Both the position numbers and the translations under genes were made by a program. Below, one piece after another: positions 13,258 to 26,490 of a stretch of DNA of 64,000 bases; position 1 is the first letter of the stretch, and each line of letters opens with the position of its first letter. Source of the stretch: Octopus bimaculoides (Eukaryota); contig NC_068981.1 of assembly GCF_001194135.2 (NCBI RefSeq), positions 59,781,172 to 59,845,171 on the forward strand, in the 5' to 3' direction. Below the pieces are notes generated by a model. The model made no database searches. It saw only the letters and a list, made by a program, of their open reading frames with translations, and was not told where the DNA came from.

Positions 13258-14789
13258 TTACCTATCTCGTTATATATATATACATATACTATGCACCACG
13301 TTCTAGTGTTAAAATCCATTATTTTGTATCTATCTTTCTTTTATCTAAACTTACTCTTGTTACACACTGCGCCTATTATCTCCACTACGGCGTATTACTT
13401 CACAATTTTAGCATCTGTTGAATTTTAACAGTAACTCACGCCCTATGTACTTATGTGCATATAATGCATGGATGTATATGCATATATACAAGCGTATGAT
13501 AACCACATACATACACGTATACACACACGTACAGATACTCGCATACTCACACATGCACGCTAATTTATGAGAGTCTGCATGTATATATGTAGGTATATAT
13601 ATAGTAGTTGTATTCTGCCAACTTAACGTGATAGTCCCAATAAGGGAATATACTACTGCTATTTAGCCCTAGGAAGTGGAGGAGTTTGTCTCCCCCTCGG
13701 AAACATAAGGACACAGGAAACGTGTCAAGGCCGACATGAAGCTAAACAAGGGTATCAACAAATGAAAGAGAGGGAAGAGAGCATCACCTGTCAAGCAATT
13801 CAGAACAGATAGAGGTAAGCTTGCCAAAGTCTAATGCAGTTTAATTATGGAGATTAAGATTGTTTGCTATTGGATATTCATCGCGTACAGTGTTCCTAGT
13901 CAATTTAATCACCGTCGCAGGTGGACAGTAAAAATAAATAAATAGACAAAATCCTTTCACTTTTAAAATATTCTTTAATCAAGTAATAATACACACAACA
14001 TATGAATAAATAATAAATAAACGTGAAAACCAATAAAAAAAATATTCTCTAATGCCAATATTCTCTTCTGTCAATATACGACCACATAGATTTAGAAAAT
14101 ATGAAAGACCTTACATACAAAAGACTATGTATACACAACGAATTAGAGAAAAATTCGCGTAAACCAAAGTTTTCCCGGTTTGTCAATTTACGCGGAAGCT
14201 CTGGGCAAAATATTATAGTGCATAACCATTCTTGAGACATGAGTAATGTGTGTGTAAAGGTTGGTGAAAATCAGTTGAGAATTGTGGAAATGTCTGCGTT
14301 AGTCAATACACGCACGCATACTCTGATTTATATATACGAGATAATTTTGATTGCAATAAATTCACAGAGGATTGTGTACATAAAAGTAAAGCATGCCACT
14401 AGTTAGAAAGTTAGAATCACGCAGAGTAGACAGGGAAATAATCAATTACTCATGCACAGAAAGTACCAAAGAATAAAGTCGTTAGGCAATTTCAATTGTA
14501 TTCCAAAGTCTCCAACTAAAAAGTAGAATCTTAAGTGTGGTGTGAAAAGATAATAAAAACAGACGAATTTGTTTTGAAGAGTTACTACAATTGCTTAAAA
14601 GGTTTTCTTTTGTCTTAAGCATAATGCAAATTATCTAGATTACATTACATTATGTAATTCCCAAAATTTTCACGCAACCATTTAAACACGTGAACAACAA
14701 CTTGTTGTTTAATCCACAGTACTATCAGCAAGTGAAATTTCTAACGAGAATACTGATATTTGAGAAGTTTAAACTGCGCGCGCGCCCGT

Positions 14790-14824
<35 letters not shown>

Positions 14825-15010
14825 TACGTGTGTGTGTGTCTACGCGCGCGTGTGTGTCTGTGTGTGTGTGGGCGTGAGCGTATCGCAGAGTTGTCAGTCA
14901 AGAAGAGTAGGTAATGGGAAGAGATAGTTAATATATTGACAGTTATGGACATAAGTATAGACTTATTAAATGTTATGTAGATAACACACACACATACCTG
15001 CATATATATA

Positions 15011-15059
<49 letters not shown>

Positions 15060-15060
<1 letters not shown>

Positions 15061-15105
15061 GTGGTGCACCAGCATGACCGCAGCCACTTGGCTGAAACAC
15101 ATAAA
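15060..15105 (+). mobile_element. Isolated ~45-bp SINE/LINE 3' tail between microsatellites
   Basis: GGTGGTGCACCAGCATGACCGCAGCC...GGCTGAAACAC followed by (ATAA)n matches the SINE tails at 55319 and 58930. Confidence 0.6.
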
Positions 15106-17858
15106 TAAATAAATAAATAAATAAATAAATATATATATATATATATATATATATCAAAACAGAAGACTGAAAATAATTCTGGCATTATTTATTCTCCGCT
15201 GCGTATGTTTCATTACCTAATGGTAGTTACACAGGTACACATATAGAAAAATTATCAGACACCTTAATAATTCTTCAGACCGAGAAGTATTCTCCTGTAT
15301 TTTGTTTCCCATTCGTTCTATATATTTATAATTGTGTAAGTATCTATTTTCATGGTAGATATTACGACATCGTTTTGCAGAATACTTGATATAGTTGCGA
15401 CTATGTCTAACTTGTTGAGGATTTTGAATGCTTATGAAATATAAAGTACTGTTGAAATATACGATTTTCTGTCGAGTTTTGAAATTATTTGAACAACGTG
15501 ATTTTTATCTCTTGGAACTATTGTCCGTTCTTGAGTATAGCTCACAAATATCTCCTGATTTTATATTCCAGCGTCAGAAAAAGAAAATATAACTATTAAC
15601 TTAATGTGTTTGCATAACAAGCAATAGAAAAGTGAAGTTCTCATAGGTCGAGGAGTAAAAAATATATTTTTAGAATTTTGATCCGTGAATGCATTACTTG
15701 AAGTGTGACAGCATAAAAAAACCACCGGCATTTTAATTTTGAATGATAAGGCGATTGTATCTTCTAACCAACGTTAATATTCACTGGATTGAGAAGAGAA
15801 TTGATTTCCGTTAGCTCGTTGTAACCACACAGTGGAGTTAGCATGAGATTGGTTGACAACTACAGTTCAATGAAAGGTAAGAACAGTCGTCCTTGCTTTC
15901 TGTTGTGTCGACGCCCCAGGCGAAGAAGCAGGATCTCCCAAGATATATAAATAGAGGTAGTCTGGCCGTGGTAGGTGTATTGAGTAGCAGTCGTGTAGCA
16001 GTTGTGTAGCGGTTGAATAGAGATCATCCGAAGGTGCTAGATAGCAGTAGTTTGAGACATAACACTTTCCTCACAATTTCCCGCGAACTTTATAATTTCA
16101 GAAACGTTTAAGAGTTGTTTTAACATCTAATGGATTAGAAATAACTAACATGAAAATAACGGCAGTAAAATAGTCATTCACTTTTCTCCTTAAGTTACTA
16201 GCAGTTGTCAGACACAAGCGTGTTCCAGATTATGCTGGACAGAGAATTGCTCTGGTCACGGAGCCACCAGGCAGAACAGGAAAGAGAAGTAGAATTTTCA
16301 TTGTTCTCGTATTTGAAGAGGTTTATTATACTGATTGAACCATCCTTTGGAGTCGTAAGCAGTAAGCGCTTTGAAGTCCCGCTCGATACTATCATATGCA
16401 GTATGATTGCTCTACCGTCCGTGGCAATAGAATGCCACGATACGGTCCGTTCTCAGATGCATTAAAGTGTCAAATAGAATGACTTGAATTATTCGTTCTA
16501 TACCCGAATGCAAGACATTCATTCATATGAAGTAAAGAAAAGATTGTTGTGCGCCATGTTTGGGATGTTGTATGTTTCAATAGAAAGCAACAACTGATAA
16601 CCAACAATAGCAATACATTTGATCACAAGTTTCTTCCTCAGGACATGATAAATATCTTCATAATATAAATTCCAACAGACAGCACACATTTAGAGAAAGG
16701 GAAGACAGCACACACCTTGAGAGAGATTATCAAACAATATATTGCTTAAACGTCTTATTTGATCCGGTTGTAATACAAAGGCCGCTTAAAAATCTGTAAC
16801 ATTTGAATAGTTGCCTTGATGACGAGGACGGTAGTGATGAGGATGACGACGTGGCTATTGCTGTTGCTGTCTCGCTACAACCACTACTGCTCTAAAAATG
16901 ATGTTGGTGGTGGTGGTAGTGGTAGTGATGATGATGGCGATTATCGTCATTAAGATCTTATAATAACATTTGATTGTATTCTTTTGTATTCTTAAAGAGA
17001 AAGCGATTTAGATGAACATTAATTTAAACTAATTTATTTATGTCTGCCTTATTGTTAGCCTGATGACTTATGCGTTATCATGTAACAGCAAGAGTAATAT
17101 GTACCAATATCTTGGAAAATATCTTCTGTTAATTTAAATATTTAATGAAGAATGCATATTAAATGATACCAATGTAATTAGTTAAGACACGAGCATTGTT
17201 ACGGAATAAGAATAATTGATGATGTGGGTAAATGGATAAGGTGATTGATTATTAATTTCTTGCGTTTCACAGTGCTAAGTTTGCAAACACTTGCTTTCGC
17301 GTTCATTCCCACATTGTGAAAGCTTTTGTATCTGCAGAAATTGTAGCTCTGGTTGGTCAACGCGTTGAGAGTGAAATTTGCAGGATGAACACTACATGAA
17401 AGCCCAGTTGCAGTATATTTAGTTTCTACAGTGGGAATGTCGCCTATATATTAGTTTGTCTATGGTGCATGAATGCATGTATGTATTCATGGATGCTTTA
17501 ATATATGTATCTATTACGTATGTACGCATGTGCATATGTATATATGTATGTATGAAAATGTACATGTATGTATGCATGTATTAATGACCTATCTCAGTAA
17601 TAAACTGCATATTCAGTAACGATCTGTAGGTTTACGTATCTGTTGTCAGTAACGATATGGCGACTTAATGAAATTCGAACCACTAGAAACAGCTTTAATG
17701 ACTATGCAATCTATGTTTTCCTGTTATCACATTAACTCCCTTTCACATATATTTTTGGCTCTCCGCCACCCGACAAAATTACAACATAGAGTTATTGTCT
17801 GATATGCAAACTGATGTATTACTTAAAATTACAACTTTGCTTAACTCGCCATATGTAA

Positions 17859-17961
17859 GTGACGTCACGGGATATCTGACTCGGAACAGCTGTCTCTTCT
17901 ACCACGTGGAAGCATATATGAAGTTCTCTGGAATCACCCTCTTTTCGAACTAATCACGTGA
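17859..17961. promoter_or_regulatory. Candidate cis-regulatory cluster (CRE + three E-boxes)
   Basis: GTGACGTCAC at 17859-17868, CAGCTG at 17887-17892, CCACGTGG at 17902-17909 and TCACGTGA at 17954-17961. Motif presence only. Confidence 0.3.
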
Positions 17962-18650
17962 GCTGAACTAAGCAGTGCGACTCACTTTCACTCTGAACAT
18001 TTGAGGATATAAGCGCACATCAACGCCCACGAAACTCAGAATTCTTTAAATCGGAGTCAACTGTTGTATATATTTGCATCTGCGTGTATGAATCTGCGTA
18101 TGTACGCTTGTGTAATTATATAATTCTACATAACCGCAATAAATGATGCGTCGCTTTCTTTTCTATTTGCGACAACAGATAAATTAGCCACTTCATAATG
18201 GTTGCTATAAGACGAGCACTAAACTGGAATTGACTTAGTGTTTCAGAACAACGCCTAATGAATAAACTAGGAACAGATTAAAAGACTAGTTGCATATTGT
18301 TCATACTACACTTTAAATCACCCAGTTTGTTTAAAGCAACAATAGAAAACGATAAACTATAAAGATCATATCTTTCTGTAGTTTAATTCTTCATACTGAT
18401 GTTTCAAGTATTTTTCCAAACCTATGTATATATTAAGGATTGAAAAGACAAAGTCTTAATAACCAGTGAAAGCATTTCACATGCTAAACAGAAATGAACT
18501 GCTGAGAAAATTGGAAACGTCAGAATGTCCACCTAAATTTGTTGGTTCGTTGTTCAACTACACACTGGTATGAAGGCCTACTTCAAACGCAATTCTTTAC
18601 TTTGGAAACCGATTCTAGGGGTAGTATACATACATATGCATTTATTTATT

Positions 18651-18681
<31 letters not shown>

Positions 18682-18944
18682 NNNNNNNNNNNNNNNNNNN
18701 NNNNNNNNNNNNNNNNNNNNNNNNNNNNNNNNNNNNNNNNNNNNNNNNNNNNNNNNNNNNNNNNNNNNNNNNNNNNNNNNNNNNNNNNNNNNNNNNNNNN
18801 NNNNNNNNNNNNNNNNNNNNNNNNNNNNNNNNNNNNNNNNNNNNNNNNNNNNNNNNNNNNNNNNNNNNNNNNNNNNNNNNNNNNNNNNNNNNNNNNNNNN
18901 NNNNNNNNNNNTATATATATATATATATATATATATTGATCTTC

Positions 18945-19130
18945 ATGGTGAGTTGCACAAGTCTAAATGACTTCCTCCAGAAGTTTGTAACATTGCCAGT
19001 GATATATTTCTGAACCAAGAAACCAACTCACCTGCTGGATGTGACTTCACCCTTGTAGTATAATTTGTAGCCGTTATTACTGAGAATGATGCATCCTTCT
19101 CCCTAGTTTCTCATATTTGTATTTCCGATT
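18945..19130 (-). mobile_element. RTE-type LINE APE endonuclease fragment
   Basis: Translates as GCIILSNNGYKLYYKGEVTSSR*VGFLVQKYITGNVTNFWRKSFRLVQLTMK, matching the YxG...GVGFLV...SxRL pattern. Cut by a (TA)n tract and gap. Confidence 0.6.
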
Positions 19131-19274
19131 AAATGAAAGTTGATCTTTGACAACTCTTCCTCTAGACCGGAGATATGAGGAAATGATTATTTAATTGTAC
19201 GTGTCAGTTTTCATATTCCGGTAGCAGCCTGTCAAGACACAATGATCCTCAGCACCTTCTCTTCCTTAGGTGGT

Positions 19275-19631
19275 ATAGAAAACGCAGATAGTAAACAACG
19301 GAAAATAAAAAAAAGGGAAGACGAAACTAAAGTGTCAAAAGGTAAAAAGCGCTATCCTCCTTAGGCTTTAAATGATAAGGCTGGAAAGATATCAAGTCAG
19401 TCAGGAATAGGTGGAATATTCCAATTCTTCAGAATATATTTATACATATGCATGCAACCATTGAAAATTTCTGACCTGGAGTTCAATAGAGGGTTATGGA
19501 TCTTAGATCTGAACAGGATGTGCGCTCTTCCAGCCAAACAAAGTCTTCACTTATTCGATACATTCGCATAAGGTATGGATTTACTTTCCATTTAATCAAA
19601 TGCGGTGTTTCATTATCTTTCAAAATTCATA
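19275..19631 (-). repeat. Inverted copy of the 3' end of the adjacent PLE
   Basis: Aligns by eye to the reverse complement of 20198-20559 over ~360 bp, with long identical blocks such as GCTGGAAAGATATCAAGTCAGTCA and TTCTTCAGAATATATTTATA. Confidence 0.88.
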
Positions 19632-19639
19632 ACAAAACC

Positions 19640-20560
19640 TTAGCCAATAGTGGCTTCAAAGATGAATTAAATTGTAATCCCTCTGTTGATAAAGATATTA
19701 ATAATCGATCTAGTGGCATCAAAGATAAAGTAGTTCCTAACCACACTAGTATTAATCAGGATAACCAAAAAAAAAGGTCAGGGAAAATTATTTGGTTCGC
19801 CCCTCTCTTTTCCCTTAATATAAAAACAAACATTGGTAAAAGGTTCCTGTCACTTCTGGACAAACACGTTCCAGCTACTCACAGATACAGGAAAATAGTC
19901 AATAGGCATTCTGTGAAATTATCATATAGCTGCTGCTCAAATATGAAGAGTAACATTACACGTGGTCAACACCAAGAACCTGAATCCAGCTGCAACTGTC
20001 GCGACTCAAGATCTTGTCCACTTGACCAACGATGTAAGATTAAATCTATCATATATGAGGCAGACGTTACTGCAACCCTAAAGAATAATACAAATGATAA
20101 GAAGATCTTTATTGGATAATGTGAAGAAGAATTTAATAAAAGTCACTATGCCAATCACAGCCTCCTTCCAGCAAAGCTAAGAAGCTGGCTGGCTACGTAT
20201 GGACTTTGAAAAATAACGAAATATCGCATGAGATTAAATGGAATATAATTGAGTAATTCATACATTTTGTGAATGGATCGAAAAAATGTAGACTTTCGTT
20301 GACTGAAAGACACCAGATCCTGTTCCGATCTAAGATCTCTAACTCTCTATTGAACACCAGGTATGAAATTTTCAGTTGTTGCATGCATATATATAAATAT
20401 ATTCTGAAGAAGTGGAAAATTCCGCCTGTTCTTGACTGACTTGATATCTTTCCAGCTTTATCATTTAAGGCTTAAGGAGGATAGCACATTTTACTTTTTG
20501 ATACTTTAGTTTCGTTTTCCGTTTTTCGGTTTCCGTTGTTTACTGTCTGTGTTTTCTATA
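19640..20560 (+). mobile_element. 5'-truncated Penelope-like element (thumb end + GIY-YIG), Naiad-like by motif recall
   Basis: LANSGF, KIIWFAPLFSLNIKTNIGKRFL, KLSYSC, CNCRDSRSCPLDQRC, IIYEADV and IFIG*. After frameshifts: YVWTLKNNEISHEIKWNII, KKCRL and LLNTRYEIFSCCMH. Confidence 0.88.
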
Positions 20561-23500
20561 TGCTGCTTTCTCAGCTTCATAACGTTTCTTCTATTTATTC
20601 ATTTTGTTAGTTCATTATGATAAGTGGTTTGCGCCTGAAGAATTATGCTTGAGTTCTCTCAANNNNNNNNNNTATACATATGTGTGCGTATATGTATGTA
20701 TGCATGTATGCGTTTATATTCATTTATACATGTGTATATGCATATCTATCTATCTATATATTTATATATATAAATATATATGTGTGTGTGTATTTGTGTG
20801 CATGTGTGTGCATGTGCGTGTGTGTATGTGTGTTTGTGTACGTGTTCGTGTGAGCGTGTGCGTACGCGTGTTTTGTGTATCTATGACGAAAAAATGTTCA
20901 TTTATTTAATCAAATTTTTGAATATCTTCCAGTGTGTTCATCAAATGATATATAAACGTCTCTTATTTATACATTTACCTCAACCGATTTCTTTATCAAT
21001 TTAAAAAAAATTATATTTCATCCTCTTATGTGTTGTTGATGTATGATTTTAGAAAATTACTACCTTTTAGCTTCAATTATCATCACAGCCGCAAATTGTT
21101 ACCGTAACATACCGAGGGACACAGTTGTCAGATTGAATATTTCGTGAAATTAATGCGAATTTCGATGTTAAATTCCTGAATCATAATCTTCATATAGGTT
21201 TCAGCTTAGGGAATCATAAATTTTACAAAAGCTACTTTTAAAAAATCTACTAATTAAGAAGTATAAATCAAGACATGCCACTAACATTCAGTGTGTCAGC
21301 CATCACAATCTTATTTGAAGCAATTATCTGAGCCCTCCGAATTTTGACTTATTGAAATTTTGATTTATGGTGCTGAATGAGAAAGACGGTTATTCGATTT
21401 TCGTTCTGAGAAGCAATCATGTTAACGTACAGAGAATACAAATGATTGTTAAAAGCCAAGTGCCTAAACGTTTTCATAATATTTGTGACATGGAGATATG
21501 CTATGAAAAATAAAATTTGTGATATGGAGATATACTAGAAAATGTTACTAGAGATATGCTAGAAAGTATCGGCTCCCAGAAAATATATTAAAAAAGAATA
21601 AATAAAATTCAGAAACACTGTTTTATTCAAATATTTGAACATTATTTACCTCAGTCGATTTGTTATATCTAGGAGAGCCTTATACATAAAAGATGTTATC
21701 CATAAAACTACCGTAACTACTACTTATCTATTGTGAAGAAAGTGAAGCATTTTATGGTACCCGTGAAGGGAGAAAAACAGTCGAGAAAAACAGATAAGTG
21801 TATTTTATCGGAGAACAAAAGGGGATTGGTTATTTGAGATATTGATAAAGACGGGTAAATAATTAAAATTGAAGGAAGGGTAATTACAGATAGAAAGAAA
21901 GTAGCAAAATACAAGTATCTAAAGATCCGTATGACGTAGTTCTCCTGAAGTATGAACCGAATGGGATAAGTACATTGGGAATTGATCAGTTTGCCAAGAA
22001 AAATTTTAAAAAAAGCAACCCAATAACTTACCAATGATTCTAAAAGTTAGACAACTTCAATAAGATTGATTATTGTGCCTGTATGTAATGTGAATAAAAC
22101 TTGCAGATTTACAATTTAATGGCGGTAGTAAAGAAGCCTTAAAAATATTCTAAATAACAATGGGAAAATTAATCTGGCTTCATGTCCTATTTATTTATTT
22201 ATCAAAATAAAGTATAGTTAACGGTCGCACAATAATCATGATGCGGCAAATTGTGATACTAATCTAGTTGCGTCCAAAAAAAAAAAAAAAATTCAATCAA
22301 TTCCATGATCAGACCGAAATTAACAAGTAGATATCCTACAAATATTGATTTATATATATTTAAATATATTTATATATATATGTATGTATGTGATTCTAAT
22401 ATCGACTAAATTCCGAGGTGATGTCCATTAAACCTTTCATATCAAAAATTATTTCTAGTCGCTATGATGACAGGTAAAGAAAAGATCTAATAATTAATAA
22501 TAGTTCCTACCTCGGTGATTAGTTATCAAAGTAGCCACTGATGTGCATATTTTTTAAGAATAGGAAAGCATAACACAATAATGTATAATTTCATTTTAAT
22601 ATAAAGTTAGCTTAGACGGGCCGCCTGCATTCTAGCAACATTGTGTGGGAAAGCATCTTGCTTTCCTCATAATCATTTAAATTTTAACAAGGCCTTGAAG
22701 GTTTGTATTGGTAGCGTATGAACTAACGAGTTGCATTTCTTCCTCAAATTTAGTCATACATATCATGTTGCTTCAATAAATATGAAGGTACGAAACAGAA
22801 GGCGCATCTTGGATACTGGATTTGCAAACTGCTTATCAATGATTCACAAGTATCCTCTTTCTCATGCATTTTTCTGATCATTTTTGTGTCCGATTCCATA
22901 ACAGAATATATCTTTTTAATGTGGTTCCACACAATAATAACTGTTTGCTTTGTGGTAGCTGCTTTAATTCGACTTTCCACCAATATTCTTTTGACCTATG
23001 AGATTCAGTATTGTTAGCTCACTCTCAAGATTGTAAACGTGTTCAGATCCCTTTTGCTTCAAGCTGATTGAATTATATTTCTTGTGGTACTTTCTGATTG
23101 GCGTCATATCATGTATCTACTATTGCTTTATTTGTATTTTCTCCTTCTCGGATCTCACTGGCGTAATTGTGTAATTTACATTTTTTTACTACAGTTTGAA
23201 CATTTTGAGAAAATTCAATTATTCTATCTTTTATAATTTTGTGTTTTGTCTCAATATCTATAAACATTTCTCTCTAATTAGCGTGTGAAATAGCAGGAAA
23301 AATACGGAGAAAGTGTAATAATATTCATTATTTAAATGTGCAAGAGTGTTGCAGCTAAATTTGAAATAGAAACACAAAGAAATATCTTTTTTTTTTCATT
23401 TAAATATAAAAAATGTACTTTCTCTTACATTCTAAACTCTATGCAAAGAAAATTCTAGATAGAACGTCATATATTTACTTTCTGCAAACTAAAACACATT

Positions 23501-24112
23501 TTTCTCAGGTTTTTCTAACTATAGCTGAGCTTACATTTAGAATTAAGGAAATACGAGTTCAGGTAGAGAGCAGGAATACACTTAAATTCCCCTAGTAACA
23601 TTTTGTCAGTACACAATAAGGTGAGAAGAATGATGTGGTATTCAATTGAGGTCTTACCCATTGAATGATTTAACATTCACCGCTATTAGAAAATCCAAAA
23701 GATGTGGGCACAAGTTACTTAGAAACTGTTTTCTACAAATCTTGACCAACAAATATCATTTCATCAAAGGACACTACATTTATTTCATCGGTCTCAGAAA
23801 AGCGTAAGACGTTGCGTATGAACCCAGTTCGATATGTACATGAGAGGGTTCAACTGTGGAAGAAAATGATCCTTCAAAGTTAATCACATCACTACTCAGG
23901 CACACACTAGTTTGCTCTTTAATATTGTCCCCAAATTTCGCTATTTGAACCCCTCCTCCTTACGAAAGTAAAAATAAAAAAGAGACTATTATTCAGATTC
24001 AAATTCCCACTTCAGCTGCAATATTTTCAATCATCCACTTCATTTTGTTCTGCACTTTTCCAGATTTAATTAATTATGAATGTTATCATTTCTGCCACCA
24101 CATTTTTATGCT

Positions 24113-24330
24113 AGTGTATGTATGTATGTATGTATGTATGTATGTATGTATGTATGTATGTATGTATGTATGTATGTATGTTTGTTTGTTTGTTTGTATG
24201 TATGTCTCTGTCTATCTGCCTGTCTGTTTGTTTGTCAATCTGTTTGCCTGTCTGTTTGTCTGTCTCTGTCTCCCTCTCTCTTTCTATATATATACATACA
24301 TATATATACACACAAACATACATAAACACA
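24113..24330. repeat. (TATG)n plus degenerate (TTTG/TCTG)n compound microsatellite
   Basis: Direct reading. Confidence 0.95.
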
Positions 24331-25129
24331 TAGATATATGGGTGATTGGTTGGCTGGATTGATATGCCCATTTGCTTCTGCATTTGTATCAGAGTAATGG
24401 CGCATAAGAGATAATTGTTCTGTAGTGTCAGTCGTCGATTATTATAAGTATATTGAGAATTTATTTATGTACTTACAAAACTTACTAATTATGCACCGAT
24501 AATTCTGAAAAATTAGAGAATGCTAATTTTCGTCAGTAAGGAATGTGATTAAAAGTTATTGATTTACAATTTGATGTTACTAGCAAAGACATATTAAAAA
24601 TAATGTAAGCATTATTTATATAATTTATTTCGACGTATGTCTTATTTGTATATCAAATATAAAAAACAACATGGTAATGAAGGGTGTGTATAACTATTTT
24701 ATTTGTCTAAATCTAGATTGAGATTAAGAACATATATATCAAATATCGATTTATTTGTGTTTCTAATATCGACCGACTAACGAGCCAAGGCCCAGATAAA
24801 GACCTTCATATCAGAAGAACTTAATGTTCCCCATTTCAATACTGCACATGAGTTAATAGAATGAAAAACATATTGTAAGAATATGGCTTCAAGCTAGTGC
24901 AATGTAGAAACCATTGAATCGCGACTGTAGTTATTTCCATTCTTTTCGACTCTGGGGAGGAAATGAATTGAGAAACGACTGATAATTCATTCACGGATGT
25001 TGATTCACCTAACCAGCCATTCATATGCATATTTTCTTATGAAAAGGGAAATATGACATAGATTCATACCATCATGTATCATTCTCGATACTTGTAACTA
25101 TATAAAGATTGTGAAAGCAATAATGCACA

Positions 25130-25385
<256 letters not shown>

Positions 25386-26371
25386 CTAAGAATATTTACA
25401 TCACAAATTACGTATTCATATTGTGTTGGGCTCTTATTGCATTCATATACAAAATACAAAAGCACTCATATATACAAATGTAAACGCACATTGACATTCT
25501 GACGAGGGGAATATTATCATCCCGGTATGTGTGCGTGTTTGTATGAATGTAAGGTTACATAGGACGTAATTCACCTTTAGTATCAGTCCTCAGTTTTGTT
25601 ATGTACCCTAGACATTGATTTATGTACTTAGAGAATGTTGATAACCGATGATACTGGTAATTTGAAGAGCCAGTTTCTCCACCAGCATGGAACATGATTA
25701 AAAGATAGAGATCTGGAATTTTTATGACAATATTAACGAAGCCTTAAAATAACCTATGCAGCGATAAGATTATTTAGCTACGTTTCGTATTTATTCGTGT
25801 ATCTAAATAAGTATGATAAGCAATAACGTAGTAATAAAGGATTTATCAAGCTGTGACGCTAATCTACATAAAAATTATGAATTGATTCCATGAACAATAT
25901 GAGATTAAAAATTAAATATACTGGAACTAGCGGGTCGATCAACTGTGGTGTTACATAGTATACTTATATATAATTGGTAGCTAAGCATTATAGGATGCTC
26001 AATTAAAACCACCTTGAAATTTAACTATTCTTCTTGTAATGAATTTCCTGTGTTCTTTGGCCGATATAATGTGAAAATACTCTCTGAAGCCATTAAAAAT
26101 AATTGTATGTAATTATACTCACCTAGAACAATAAAATCAGTCGTGAACGGGTGACCGCATCGAAAGATGCAACCTCTTCACAAATTCCAAAAATAACTAG
26201 GAGGAGAGAGAAACCAGAAATAACAAGAGCCACCAACATCAACACTTTCATGAAAAGCCATAAATAAGCTGCCTCAACAACTTAACATCTGCGATACTAA
26301 TAGCAGCACCGTCAGCAAGGGCAACACACATTAAACCAACGACGATCCTTTTACACAGTTGCTCTAACTGT

Positions 26372-26490
<119 letters not shown>

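Noticed and set aside
19022-19040. Strong minus-strand donor CAG|GTGAGT suggesting a host exon
   Set aside because: It lies within the RTE endonuclease xGVGFLV motif (GGA mutated to TGA), and no open exon frame with an acceptor was found.
19985-20115. Possible selenocysteine recoding in the PLE (reported for some Naiad-type PLEs)
   Set aside because: The Cys codons of the CxC...C...C motif are TGC/TGT and the in-frame stop after IFIG is TAA, not TGA.
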